From: Gammaproteobacteria bacterium
GTDB taxonomy: Bacteria; Pseudomonadota; Gammaproteobacteria; GCA-001735895
Direction: 5' to 3'
DNA: 64,000 bases
Assembly (NCBI GenBank): GCA_018669845.1
Contig: JABHSO010000199.1
Coordinates: 4,945 to 68,944, forward strand
Part shown: piece by piece, positions 8,964 through 18,305 of the stretch
Layout: every line of letters starts with the position of its first letter
How positions within the stretch are numbered: the first letter of the stretch is position 1
The notes under the pieces: model-generated
Databases searched by the model: none
What the model was told of the DNA's origin: nothing
The model's input: only the letters and a program-made list of their open reading frames with translations
Translations under genes and position numbers: made by a program

Positions 8964-11354
8964 ATGAAAAATGAAACCCGATTATTGCTCATTTTCTTTA
9001 CGGTATTAACTCTGATTATCGTATTAAAATTTACCAAAGAATATCGAGATATTCAACAAACCTATAAGCAGGTTGCTATCCATGAAGCTCGTTCTCTTAA
9101 CCATATGGTTCAGTCTTTTAGTCATAGTTACTCAAACCTTATAAATCAGCTGGAAATGTCTCTGGACAAGGATAGTTTGCAATTACGTCCTGTTTTACGA
9201 TTACCTGAAATCAGTAAATTCTTTTCTGAGAAAGGTGATACCAATGCCCACTTGAGAACTGTATCCATGAACCCGATGAACCTCGACAACATGGTTACAG
9301 AGACAGAAAAAATACTCATGAACTTCTTTGTTCAAAATCCTGATAAAAAAGAAAAAGTTATGGCTCTGGAAAATGGTCAGTTTCTTTATGCAAATGTTCT
9401 CAGGGTTAAGAAAAAATGCCTAATTTGTCACGGGTCAAAAGCAACGGCTCCAGCAGTGATTCGTGATCATTATTCGACGGGGTATAATTATAAATTGAAT
9501 GATATTTTGGGTATTCGTCTTATTCGTTATCAAAATAGCAATATTCTGCATGATATGATGAAAATCTATTATCGGAATATAGTGGCAGCGACAGTAGTCT
9601 TTAGCTCAATTTATATCAGTATATTTTTAATGATGAGACATTTGAGCAGACGCGATAAAAAGCATTTGCAGCAACTTGAGCGACAAAATAATAATTTATT
9701 AAAAGAACAACAACGTTTAAATACTTTGCTTAATGCGATGGATATTGCCATTGTGTTTGAAAATACCCGCGGGGTAATTAGTTATGTGAATAAGGCCTTT
9801 AACAAAATCTGGCATATCCCCGAGAGCACGACTGTAAAAGAGGTTTCCCTGGATTCTTTTCAAAGTAAATCGCCTGCTAAAATTATCAATGAAATTGATC
9901 AGGTCTCCAGTCAGGATAATAAGATTCAAACTGAACTGTATCTGGATAATCAGAAAATCTTGCTTAAGAGCCAGATAGAAATCACTTCTCTAAGTAAAGA
10001 GACATACGGTAATTTAATATTATTTGAGGATGTCACCGCAAAATATCTAGCCAATCAAAAACTTACCTATCTGGCTGAACGTGATGCTTTAACCGGACTT
10101 TATAATCGGCACAAATTTCAATCTGAAATTGCCCTGATGCACTCGTTAATAAAGCGTAATAATGAATTGCTAGTATTGCTTTTCTTTGATCTCGATGAAT
10201 TTAAACTTATCAATGATAATTACGGTCATGAAAAGGGAGATTCGGTACTGGTTGGTATTGTAAATGCGGTGAACATTATCATCCGTCCCTCCGATTTATT
10301 TTTTAGACTGGGCGGGGATGAGTTTGCAGTCCTGTCTATCATGACATCTGAAAATGAAATAGAAATATTTGCTCAACGATTGATCCAGGAAATTTCACAA
10401 GTCAGCTTCAGATTTGATGATAAGCACATTCGTTTAACTGCCAGTCTGGGTTGTTCATTTTGCTCTCAGGAATCAAGTAACTGTAATGATTTATTATCAC
10501 AAGCCGATATTGCAATGTATGACGCCAAATCCCGTGGTAAAAACACTCTGTCCATTTATAGTGAAGCTACACAGGGCAGCACCGTATCTCTGGATCGTTT
10601 AAGCTGGAATGAAAAAATTGACAGTGCCTTTGAGTTAGACCTGTTTGAGCTACATTTTCAGGGTGTTTATACTGTTAAAACCGGTAAGTTAGCCCATCTT
10701 GAAGCATTAATAAGATTGAAAGATGAAGATAACCCTGGACAACTCATATACCCGGGCATATTTATTCCTTTTGCTGAAAAGACCGGCAAAATTCTTGATA
10801 TTGACCGGTGGGTTATTAAGAAAGCCTGCCAGTTACTGGGGGATAATACTGACATGCCCCCACTAGCCATTAATATTTCAGGTCGATCATTTGATCAACC
10901 CGAGTTGCCTCGTTATATTGGTGAGCAACTGGAAATTAATCAGGTAAATCCTAAACGGCTACTGGTTGAGCTTACCGAAACAGAAGCAGTATCTGATCTG
11001 ATGGATGCCCGGAATTTTATAGAAGCTTTACATGAAATTGGCTGCCCGGTTTGTCTGGATGACTTTGGCTCAGGTTTTTCATCTTTCGCCTATCTTAAAT
11101 ACCTGACAGTTGAGATTTTGAAAATAGACGGTATTTTTATAACAGATCTTCATCAGTCAAATGACAATCAGCTATTTGTTGAAAGTATGGTCCATGTAGC
11201 AAATGGTATGAACAAAAGATCCATAGCAGAATTTGTTGAGAGTCGTGAGATTTTGGAAAAACTTCAAGATTTGGGCGTTGATATGGCACAGGGGTATTAT
11301 TTGGACAAGCCTCAAAAAAATCATCCTGCATTGACCGGAGGGGTAAAGTTATAG
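8964..11354 (+). CDS. c-type-haem sensor domain (DUF3365/Tll0287-like) - PAS - GGDEF - EAL signalling protein
   Basis: N-terminal TM, then a periplasmic domain containing one CxxCH motif (KKCLICHG). Second TM, PAS-like region, GGDEF (RLGGDEFAV) and EAL domain (EALIRL, DDFGSGFSS). Confidence 0.8.
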   Translation: MKNETRLLLIFFTVLTLIIVLKFTKEYRDIQQTYKQVAIHEARSLNHMVQSFSHSYSNLINQLEMSLDKDSLQLRPVLRLPEISKFFSEKGDTNAHLRTVSMNPMNLDNMVTETEKILMNFFVQNPDKKEKVMALENGQFLYANVLRVKKKCLICHGSKATAPAVIRDHYSTGYNYKLNDILGIRLIRYQNSNILHDMMKIYYRNIVAATVVFSSIYISIFLMMRHLSRRDKKHLQQLERQNNNLLKEQQRLNTLLNAMDIAIVFENTRGVISYVNKAFNKIWHIPESTTVKEVSLDSFQSKSPAKIINEIDQVSSQDNKIQTELYLDNQKILLKSQIEITSLSKETYGNLILFEDVTAKYLANQKLTYLAERDALTGLYNRHKFQSEIALMHSLIKRNNELLVLLFFDLDEFKLINDNYGHEKGDSVLVGIVNAVNIIIRPSDLFFRLGGDEFAVLSIMTSENEIEIFAQRLIQEISQVSFRFDDKHIRLTASLGCSFCSQESSNCNDLLSQADIAMYDAKSRGKNTLSIYSEATQGSTVSLDRLSWNEKIDSAFELDLFELHFQGVYTVKTGKLAHLEALIRLKDEDNPGQLIYPGIFIPFAEKTGKILDIDRWVIKKACQLLGDNTDMPPLAINISGRSFDQPELPRYIGEQLEINQVNPKRLLVELTETEAVSDLMDARNFIEALHEIGCPVCLDDFGSGFSSFAYLKYLTVEILKIDGIFITDLHQSNDNQLFVESMVHVANGMNKRSIAEFVESREILEKLQDLGVDMAQGYYLDKPQKNHPALTGGVKL

Positions 11355-11621
11355 AACAATTGAGTTAATATCCAGCATAGGGAATATGTATTGTCATCAT
11401 CAATTAAACCATGTCTTCTAAATCTGTAGATACATTCGATAAGGTGAGCGATACCAACACCTCACCAGTAGTAATAATACTCAAAACAATGAAAATTTGA
11501 GCCTCAGGGCTAATCAGGAAATTATTTATACTATTATTCATAAATAAATAAAAACCACATTATTTATACAGTATTTAAAGCTATACTTTATAGCAACTCA
11601 TCTGATCGTTTGAGGTGCATC

Positions 11622-12650
11622 ATGAAAATACAGATACCTTTAAAACTATTCAGCAGATTCTTTGCTGCAGAAATGTGTATTTTATCTGCCGTTTTCAGCT
11701 TTTCTACTCCCTTAATTGCTGCCGAAACTGATGCTCTGAAAGAGTCAAAAGTTCAGATCAATAAAAATCTGGCTTATCTGGTTTCTGATCGACGCATCCC
11801 CTTTTGGGATATTATGAGCAGAGGAATTGAAAATGCTGCCAGAGAGTTAGGTTATGAAGTCCGTGTTTATAGTGCTGAAAACAATGCAAAAAATGAACTC
11901 AAAGCCACTATTACAGCAATAAAAAGCAAAGTCTCCGGGTTAATCATCTCACCCACCAATTCATCAGCCAGTGTCACTATTCTAAAACTGGCTAAAAAAG
12001 CAGGTATACCCGTTGTTATTTCAGATATTGGGACTGATCAGGGTGACTATGTTTCCTTTATTTCTTCAAACAATAAAGATGGAGCTTACCAGATTGGTAA
12101 AGTACTCACTGAAAAGATGATTTCAGTTGGCTGGCAAAGTGGTAGCGTTGGAATTATCGGCATACCTCAGAACAGATTGAATGGTCAAATGAGAACAGCG
12201 GGTTTTGTTCAGGCTTTGGATGAAGCAGGTATAAAAAGTGCGTCATTAAAGCAGCAGTCCCCTTTTTCTTATCAGGAAACTTATGAATACAGTAAAACCT
12301 TAATCAACAATCATGCAAACCTTCGCGCTATCTGGTTACAGGGTTCTGATCGTTACCAGGCTGCACTTGATGCTATAGCCGATGCTAATAAAACAGGTGA
12401 AATTCTATTGCTTTGTTTTGATGCGGAGCCTGTTTTTCTGGAGCTGATTCCACAAGGTATTCTGGTAGGGGCAGCAATGCAACAACCCTATCTAATGGGG
12501 GAAAAAGCTGTTTATAGCATGGATAGACATCTTAGAGGTAAAGCTGTTGAAAAAAATCAGCAACTGAATGTACTGGCAATATCGACTAAAAATATCAATG
12601 ATAAACTACCCATTATCCACAGAAATGTACTTGGCATTGAGGAAAAATAA
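11622..12650 (+). CDS. periplasmic sugar-binding-fold protein (RbsB/LuxP/TorT-like)
   Basis: Signal peptide followed by a type-I periplasmic binding protein fold. ATG at 11622 is preceded by GAGGTG. Directly upstream of a hybrid kinase. Confidence 0.7.
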   Translation: MKIQIPLKLFSRFFAAEMCILSAVFSFSTPLIAAETDALKESKVQINKNLAYLVSDRRIPFWDIMSRGIENAARELGYEVRVYSAENNAKNELKATITAIKSKVSGLIISPTNSSASVTILKLAKKAGIPVVISDIGTDQGDYVSFISSNNKDGAYQIGKVLTEKMISVGWQSGSVGIIGIPQNRLNGQMRTAGFVQALDEAGIKSASLKQQSPFSYQETYEYSKTLINNHANLRAIWLQGSDRYQAALDAIADANKTGEILLLCFDAEPVFLELIPQGILVGAAMQQPYLMGEKAVYSMDRHLRGKAVEKNQQLNVLAISTKNINDKLPIIHRNVLGIEEK

Positions 12651-12672
12651 CTTAATCTGTTAGAATTTAATT

Positions 12673-15054
12673 ATGTTTTTTTCACGGTTATCACTCTATA
12701 CCCTGCTTGGACTGACAATTGTCTCGACTGTTGTTGTGATCATTTCATTGCAATCATTTATTTCTTACCAATCCACCAAGAAACAAATGATTGAAATTAT
12801 TCACAGTAAGTCTGCGAATAGCTTACATGTGCTACAAAAAAATATGGCTGGATTTATTGAATCCTATGCAGTTAATGAATATGACAAGCTGATATTTAAT
12901 GAAATGACTGATAATGATTATCTGGCCATTATAGTTGAAGATTACAATATGGGTAAGGTGATCGAAGAAGCCTCTTATATATCAGGAAAAATCAGAGATA
13001 GTGAATGGAATGCCATCGATTATGATGTCGAAAGTATAGCTCATCTCAAGCAGATAAAAACAGCATTTTACACAGAACAGGCCATCATCCAGGGGCAGGC
13101 AGGGGAAAAAATATCCACCGTTAAAATTTATATCTCGGATCGATATGTCCAGCTAAGACTGAATGAAATTATCCGAGAAAAAGTTGTCAGTACTGCCATA
13201 CTTATTTTAATTTTAACCTTATTTCTTTTTTTCAGTATAAGATATTTCACTATAAAACCACTAAAAAGTATTATTAAAAGCATTAGCAATACCGATCATG
13301 AAGGCATCCCTGTCAATCCAGTGGCTACCTTTGGCACCAAAGAAACCGTGGCACTTGCTAATGCTATTAACTTGATGATTGAGACAATCAAGTCTTCCAG
13401 AGTGAAATTACGTCGTACCCAGAAAATGGATGCTATCGGCCAACTTGCAGGTGGTATCGCCCATGACTTCAATAACATACTCGGAATTATTTTAGGGAAT
13501 ATTAACTTTCTCAAACATGAAGTTGGAAATAATGAGAAGGCACTAAAACGCATTAATGCTGTTGACAAGGCCACTAAACGGGCAGCCCGGTTGACTCGTG
13601 AATTACTGGGTTTTTCACGCGAGCAAGCTATCGATACGGTCAATAGTAATATCAATAGTGTCATTAAGGAAATGGACAGTCTGATTATACGATCCATTAC
13701 ACCGGAGGTAGAAGTTGACAAATATTTTGCCAAAGACCTGTGGTTGACTGAAATTAATCTGGGTGATTTTCAGGATGCATTGATAAACCTGATACTCAAT
13801 GCCCGTGATGCAATGCCTGATGGTGGGCAGTTAACCCTTGAAACTAAAAACAGTATACTTGATGCAAACTACTGCAAACAAAACCATGGTCTAACCCCGG
13901 GTGAGTATATTCAGTTGTCAGTCAGTGATACCGGTAATGGCATTAGTACCGACAAACAGGAGAAAATTTTTGAACCCTTTTATACGACCAAGCCTGAAGG
14001 AAAAGGCACTGGTCTTGGATTGGCGATGGTGTTCAGTTTTGTCAATCGTTCCCATGGTCATATCAAGGTCTATTCAGAACCTGGAATTGGTACAACAATT
14101 CGCCTGTATTTACCACGTAATCAAGGAGAAGAACCTGAGACTGAAGTTACAGTTTTACAGACTGATCCTTTACCTGGTGGCAATGAAACTATTCTTGCTG
14201 TGGATGATGAAGAAGCACTACTGGAAATTGCCAGAGAATCACTTGAGTCACTTGGTTACAGTGTAATAACTGCAACTGATGGAAAGAATGCGCTCAAGCA
14301 ACTTTTAAAATACCCTTCGATTTCATTACTATTCAGTGATGTTGTGATGCCGGGAGGTATCAATGGATTTGAGCTGGCCGAACAGGCTTCTGCCCATCGT
14401 CCCGACCTGAGTATATTGCTAACTTCTGGGTTTACCAAAAAAGCAGTAGCTCATAATGGACAGGCTCGTTTTACTTCTAATCTTCTAAGTAAACCCTATT
14501 CTCAATCAGAATTAGCACAGAGAGTACGAACTGTATTGGGTGATTCAATATCAAATGCCCAGGACAAAAAACAACAGCAGCAAACGTCTATCGATTTATC
14601 AAATTTTATTGCCCGGGATGATACTTTTTTAGTAGGTATTGATTCTATTGATGATGATCACAGGAAACTGATGAATATATTTGAAAGAGTCAATCAATTA
14701 AAAGAGAGTGGGGTAGAGCAGGACGTTCTGAAATCTATTCTTTCTGAGCTTGAAGACTATACCCGGTATCACTTTCGACGAGAAGAAACGGTAATGAAAA
14801 CTTGTGATTACCCTGACTTCTATAATCACTTGCAAGTACATCAATTATTAATTAAACAGTTAGTGGAGAAAAAGCGACACTTACAGCAAAATAGTTTGAC
14901 TGCACAGGAATTGGCAACATTTCTAACCAGTTGGTTAGTAGACCATATTCAAACTATGGATAAGGCATTTGCTCCCTATTGTGTCGGAAAAGAAGATGTC
15001 ATTAAACAGGCGCTTGATTCCCTTGCAAATGAATCAGATAAAGAGTATTCCTGA
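12673..15054 (+). CDS. hybrid sensor histidine kinase - receiver - C-terminal bacteriohemerythrin domain
   Basis: Two TM segments flank a periplasmic region of about 150 aa. HisKA box AGGIAHDFNNILGII, HATPase (GTGLGLAMV) and REC (ILAVDDEEALL...FSDVVMPG). C-terminal hemerythrin ligand pattern DDDH, HFRRE, HLQVH, DHIQTMD. Confidence 0.85.
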   Translation: MFFSRLSLYTLLGLTIVSTVVVIISLQSFISYQSTKKQMIEIIHSKSANSLHVLQKNMAGFIESYAVNEYDKLIFNEMTDNDYLAIIVEDYNMGKVIEEASYISGKIRDSEWNAIDYDVESIAHLKQIKTAFYTEQAIIQGQAGEKISTVKIYISDRYVQLRLNEIIREKVVSTAILILILTLFLFFSIRYFTIKPLKSIIKSISNTDHEGIPVNPVATFGTKETVALANAINLMIETIKSSRVKLRRTQKMDAIGQLAGGIAHDFNNILGIILGNINFLKHEVGNNEKALKRINAVDKATKRAARLTRELLGFSREQAIDTVNSNINSVIKEMDSLIIRSITPEVEVDKYFAKDLWLTEINLGDFQDALINLILNARDAMPDGGQLTLETKNSILDANYCKQNHGLTPGEYIQLSVSDTGNGISTDKQEKIFEPFYTTKPEGKGTGLGLAMVFSFVNRSHGHIKVYSEPGIGTTIRLYLPRNQGEEPETEVTVLQTDPLPGGNETILAVDDEEALLEIARESLESLGYSVITATDGKNALKQLLKYPSISLLFSDVVMPGGINGFELAEQASAHRPDLSILLTSGFTKKAVAHNGQARFTSNLLSKPYSQSELAQRVRTVLGDSISNAQDKKQQQQTSIDLSNFIARDDTFLVGIDSIDDDHRKLMNIFERVNQLKESGVEQDVLKSILSELEDYTRYHFRREETVMKTCDYPDFYNHLQVHQLLIKQLVEKKRHLQQNSLTAQELATFLTSWLVDHIQTMDKAFAPYCVGKEDVIKQALDSLANESDKEYS

Positions 15055-16244
15055 TGAATGATATAACCATCTACATTATCGATGATGAACCTGAAATGGT
15101 GGAATTGCTTTCAGATGTAGTTGAACTTGCTGGTTTGAATGTACAGGGTTATACCCTGGCAAGTAAGTTTTTTGAGAAGGTGATCCACTATAATCCAGGT
15201 GATATTCTGTTGCTTGATCTGAATATGCCAGAAATGGATGGAGTCGAGGTCATGCGAAAATTATCGACACAACAAAACCAACCGGCATTAATTCTTATTA
15301 GCGGAACTGATAAAGGACTGTTATCTGCAGCAGAGAAACTTGGCAAAGCCCATAATCTCGATATTATTACAGTCCTGAGTAAGCCAGTTAATATATACAA
15401 TTTAATACCTCTATTAAATCGAAAAAATATTACTGCCCATACAGATCATCTTTCAAATTATCTGAACCCTCTCGATAGCTCATTGACAAAAGCTGATCTT
15501 CATTATGCTATCCAAAATAACCAGTTAGTTTTGTACTATCAGCCACAGCTTGAAATCTCAACTGGAAAACTGACTTCTGTTGAGGCATTGGTACGCTGGA
15601 ATCACCCTGAGCAGGGACTTATTTTTCCTGACCGTTTTATTCCTCTGGCTGAACACAGCGGACTAATTGGCGATTTAACCAGCTGGGTAGTTAATGAGAC
15701 AATGTATCAAAATCAGCAATGGCTTAAACAGAATTTAAAGATGTCCGTATCCGTTAATATATCAGCGGATGACGTTATGAGTTTGAACTTACCTGAGCAA
15801 ATAACCGAACTGTTAAACAACAACAGCCTGGATCCCTCATCACTCACTCTGGAAGTCACAGAAAGTGCTTTAATGGGAGAGTTGGTGACATCACTGGACA
15901 TTCTTACCCGACTTAGATTGAAAGGAATCAAATTATCAATAGATGATTTTGGTACTGGTTATTCATCTCTTTCTCAATTACATAAAATCCCCTTTACCGA
16001 ATTAAAAACTGATCGCAGTTTTGTTGATAAAATAACAACAGACAGTGAGGCCAGAGCTATTGTAAAAACCTGTATTATTCTGGGCCATGAAATAAATATG
16101 AAAGTTGTTGCTGAAGGGGTAGAAGACCAGCAAACCTGGGAACTTCTCAGTAATCTGGGCTGTGATATTGCACAGGGTTATTTTATTGCTAAAGCCATGC
16201 CAGGAGATGTTTTTGTCGATTGGGTTAACAGTCGAAATTTGTAA
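15054..16244 (+). CDS. response regulator with EAL (c-di-GMP phosphodiesterase) output
   Basis: REC domain (IIDDEPEM...LLLDLNMPEMDG) plus EAL domain (EALVRW, DDFGTGYSSL). Its ATG overlaps the kinase stop by 1 nt. Confidence 0.85.
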   Translation: MNDITIYIIDDEPEMVELLSDVVELAGLNVQGYTLASKFFEKVIHYNPGDILLLDLNMPEMDGVEVMRKLSTQQNQPALILISGTDKGLLSAAEKLGKAHNLDIITVLSKPVNIYNLIPLLNRKNITAHTDHLSNYLNPLDSSLTKADLHYAIQNNQLVLYYQPQLEISTGKLTSVEALVRWNHPEQGLIFPDRFIPLAEHSGLIGDLTSWVVNETMYQNQQWLKQNLKMSVSVNISADDVMSLNLPEQITELLNNNSLDPSSLTLEVTESALMGELVTSLDILTRLRLKGIKLSIDDFGTGYSSLSQLHKIPFTELKTDRSFVDKITTDSEARAIVKTCIILGHEINMKVVAEGVEDQQTWELLSNLGCDIAQGYFIAKAMPGDVFVDWVNSRNL

Positions 16245-16464
16245 CTAAAATTTTGTTTTAATGATTCAAGAGTTTTTTAATTGAATGAAATATCTAAACA
16301 GGAAGTAACCTGGAAAAAATTACCAGTAAGACTGAGAATTAATTGGGTTGCATCTGCAGTCGATTTAGCAACTTTATTTAGCTTTATGGTAGTTTTTTGC
16401 TGAATAATTATATATTGAGATTATACTTATCTTAATCATTCTAGCGGTATGATAGATTTCTAAA

Positions 16465-18156
16465 ATGCAGTCGCTTCAATCATTATTAAAAAAAATTGAG
16501 TCATCTGATCCGGATCAGGTATGTGAACTGGCTGGAGACTTATTAAGCCAGTCACGAGAGAGTGGGGCTGTTCAGTTCCAAGTAAAAGCTCTTGGCTATC
16601 TTGCGATTTGTGCCAAGAAGACTGGGAAAACTGCTGATGCTGAAAAATATGCTCGTGAAGCCATTGAACTTTCAGAACAACAGGGTTTTCAGCGGGAACT
16701 ACTGCTCAATATTAATACGCTTGCTGGTATAAAACTGGTTCAGGGTAAACATACTCAGGTTTTAGAATTACTTGAGCAGTATCTACCACAGGCAACACAG
16801 TCTGGTTTCACTGCTGAACAGGCTCGTTTTCTTACTAACCTGGGTATAGTCAATGAACTTTTAGGTCACTATCCTGCCGCGTTAGAGCATAACCTTCAAG
16901 CTATCGCCTTGTATCGGCAGCTACCAAAATCCCCAAATCTTGCTTATTCTTTGCATAATGTTGCAAATATTTATATGTGGCTGGAATTGTATTCAGAATC
17001 AGTCGGCTATAACCAGGAAGCTATTAATTTACTGGAAGAGCTGGGAGTTACTCATGGACAGGCGATCATATTAAATGGTTTGGGTGAGGCATTTTACCTG
17101 CAGGGTGATTTCACAGAAGCTGAAGCATTTCATGATAATGCGATCAGTTTGGCCAGGGAAACAGGAGATTACCATGAGCTTGCTGATTCGTTATTACAGA
17201 GGGCTAAATGTTCGAACATACCCGGTGCAGAAATTTTGACAAAAGGAATGCTGGATGAGGCCTTACAGCTCTGTTTAACCAGTGGAGAAAAAGGTTTGCA
17301 GGCAGGTATCATGTTGCAATATGGTGCAATGTATCTAAAACAAGAGAATTTTCCACAAGCGTTAGAAGCATTACAGCAAACTATAGGCCTTGCTGAATAT
17401 AGTGAATCAAATGAAATTCTCTGGAATGCTTATAAACTTTTTTCCGAAGCTTCTGAAAAAAGTGAAAATATTGCCGATGCTTTTAAATATTTATCGCTAT
17501 ACACAGAACTGAGGGAAGAGATAAAAGGGATTAAAGTGATTAATCAAATGCAGGCCATTGCTCTTCCCTTCAAACTTAGAGCTGCTCATGCTGAGGCAGA
17601 AGTATTGAGATTGAAAAATAAAGATCTTGAAGTTTTAAGTAAATATGACCACCTGACTGGGTTGGCTAATCGACGTTATTTACAGCAACAAATGGAAGTA
17701 TTATGGCAGCAGGGTTCGTTATCACTTCTTGTCCTCGATATTGATCTTTTCAAACAGATTAATGATCAGTTTTTGCATACAGTAGGAGACCAGGTTTTAA
17801 AAAAATGTGGAGAAATTTTGTTAAGTGCCTGTCAGAAAACTGGCCTGGCTGCCAGGTTTGGTGGTGAAGAATTTGTTTTACTATTACCGGAAGTGGGTTT
17901 AGCTGAAGCGGTAGTAACTGCTGAAAAATTACGGTTAGAATTTGAAAATAATGACTGGGAACAGGAAGCAAAAGGGTTAAAAGTAACCGTAAGCATTGGC
18001 ATTGCTCATAGCAGTGAAAAAAATAATATTGAATCAGTTTTACAATTAGCAGATAGCCGCTTATATCATGCTAAACGTTCAGGTCGAAATAGAACAATAC
18101 CTGATGCTAATATTGGCAGTGATCATTCGCTTCCCACTCAAAACACCTTGCAGTAA
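16465..18156 (+). CDS. TPR-repeat diguanylate cyclase
   Basis: About 380 aa of TPR-like helical repeats, then a GGDEF domain with an intact RFGGEEF active site. Confidence 0.85.
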   Translation: MQSLQSLLKKIESSDPDQVCELAGDLLSQSRESGAVQFQVKALGYLAICAKKTGKTADAEKYAREAIELSEQQGFQRELLLNINTLAGIKLVQGKHTQVLELLEQYLPQATQSGFTAEQARFLTNLGIVNELLGHYPAALEHNLQAIALYRQLPKSPNLAYSLHNVANIYMWLELYSESVGYNQEAINLLEELGVTHGQAIILNGLGEAFYLQGDFTEAEAFHDNAISLARETGDYHELADSLLQRAKCSNIPGAEILTKGMLDEALQLCLTSGEKGLQAGIMLQYGAMYLKQENFPQALEALQQTIGLAEYSESNEILWNAYKLFSEASEKSENIADAFKYLSLYTELREEIKGIKVINQMQAIALPFKLRAAHAEAEVLRLKNKDLEVLSKYDHLTGLANRRYLQQQMEVLWQQGSLSLLVLDIDLFKQINDQFLHTVGDQVLKKCGEILLSACQKTGLAARFGGEEFVLLLPEVGLAEAVVTAEKLRLEFENNDWEQEAKGLKVTVSIGIAHSSEKNNIESVLQLADSRLYHAKRSGRNRTIPDANIGSDHSLPTQNTLQ

Positions 18157-18305
18157 TTTTATCTATAAGGGTGGCTGCATATTGTTAATATAATGTAAAA
18201 AGAAATTGCAGATAACTCAGTAAACCATACTGAGAGAGAAAAAATCTGCTCAAATCAGGTTCCTCCCTTACTCAAGTATTTATTTTAACATTACCAGCAT
18301 ACGTC

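Noticed and set aside
18208-18226. 7-bp stem hairpin ctcagta-aacca-tactgag between the convergent GGDEF and protease genes
   Set aside because: No T-run follows it on either strand in the correct position, so I cannot call it an intrinsic terminator.
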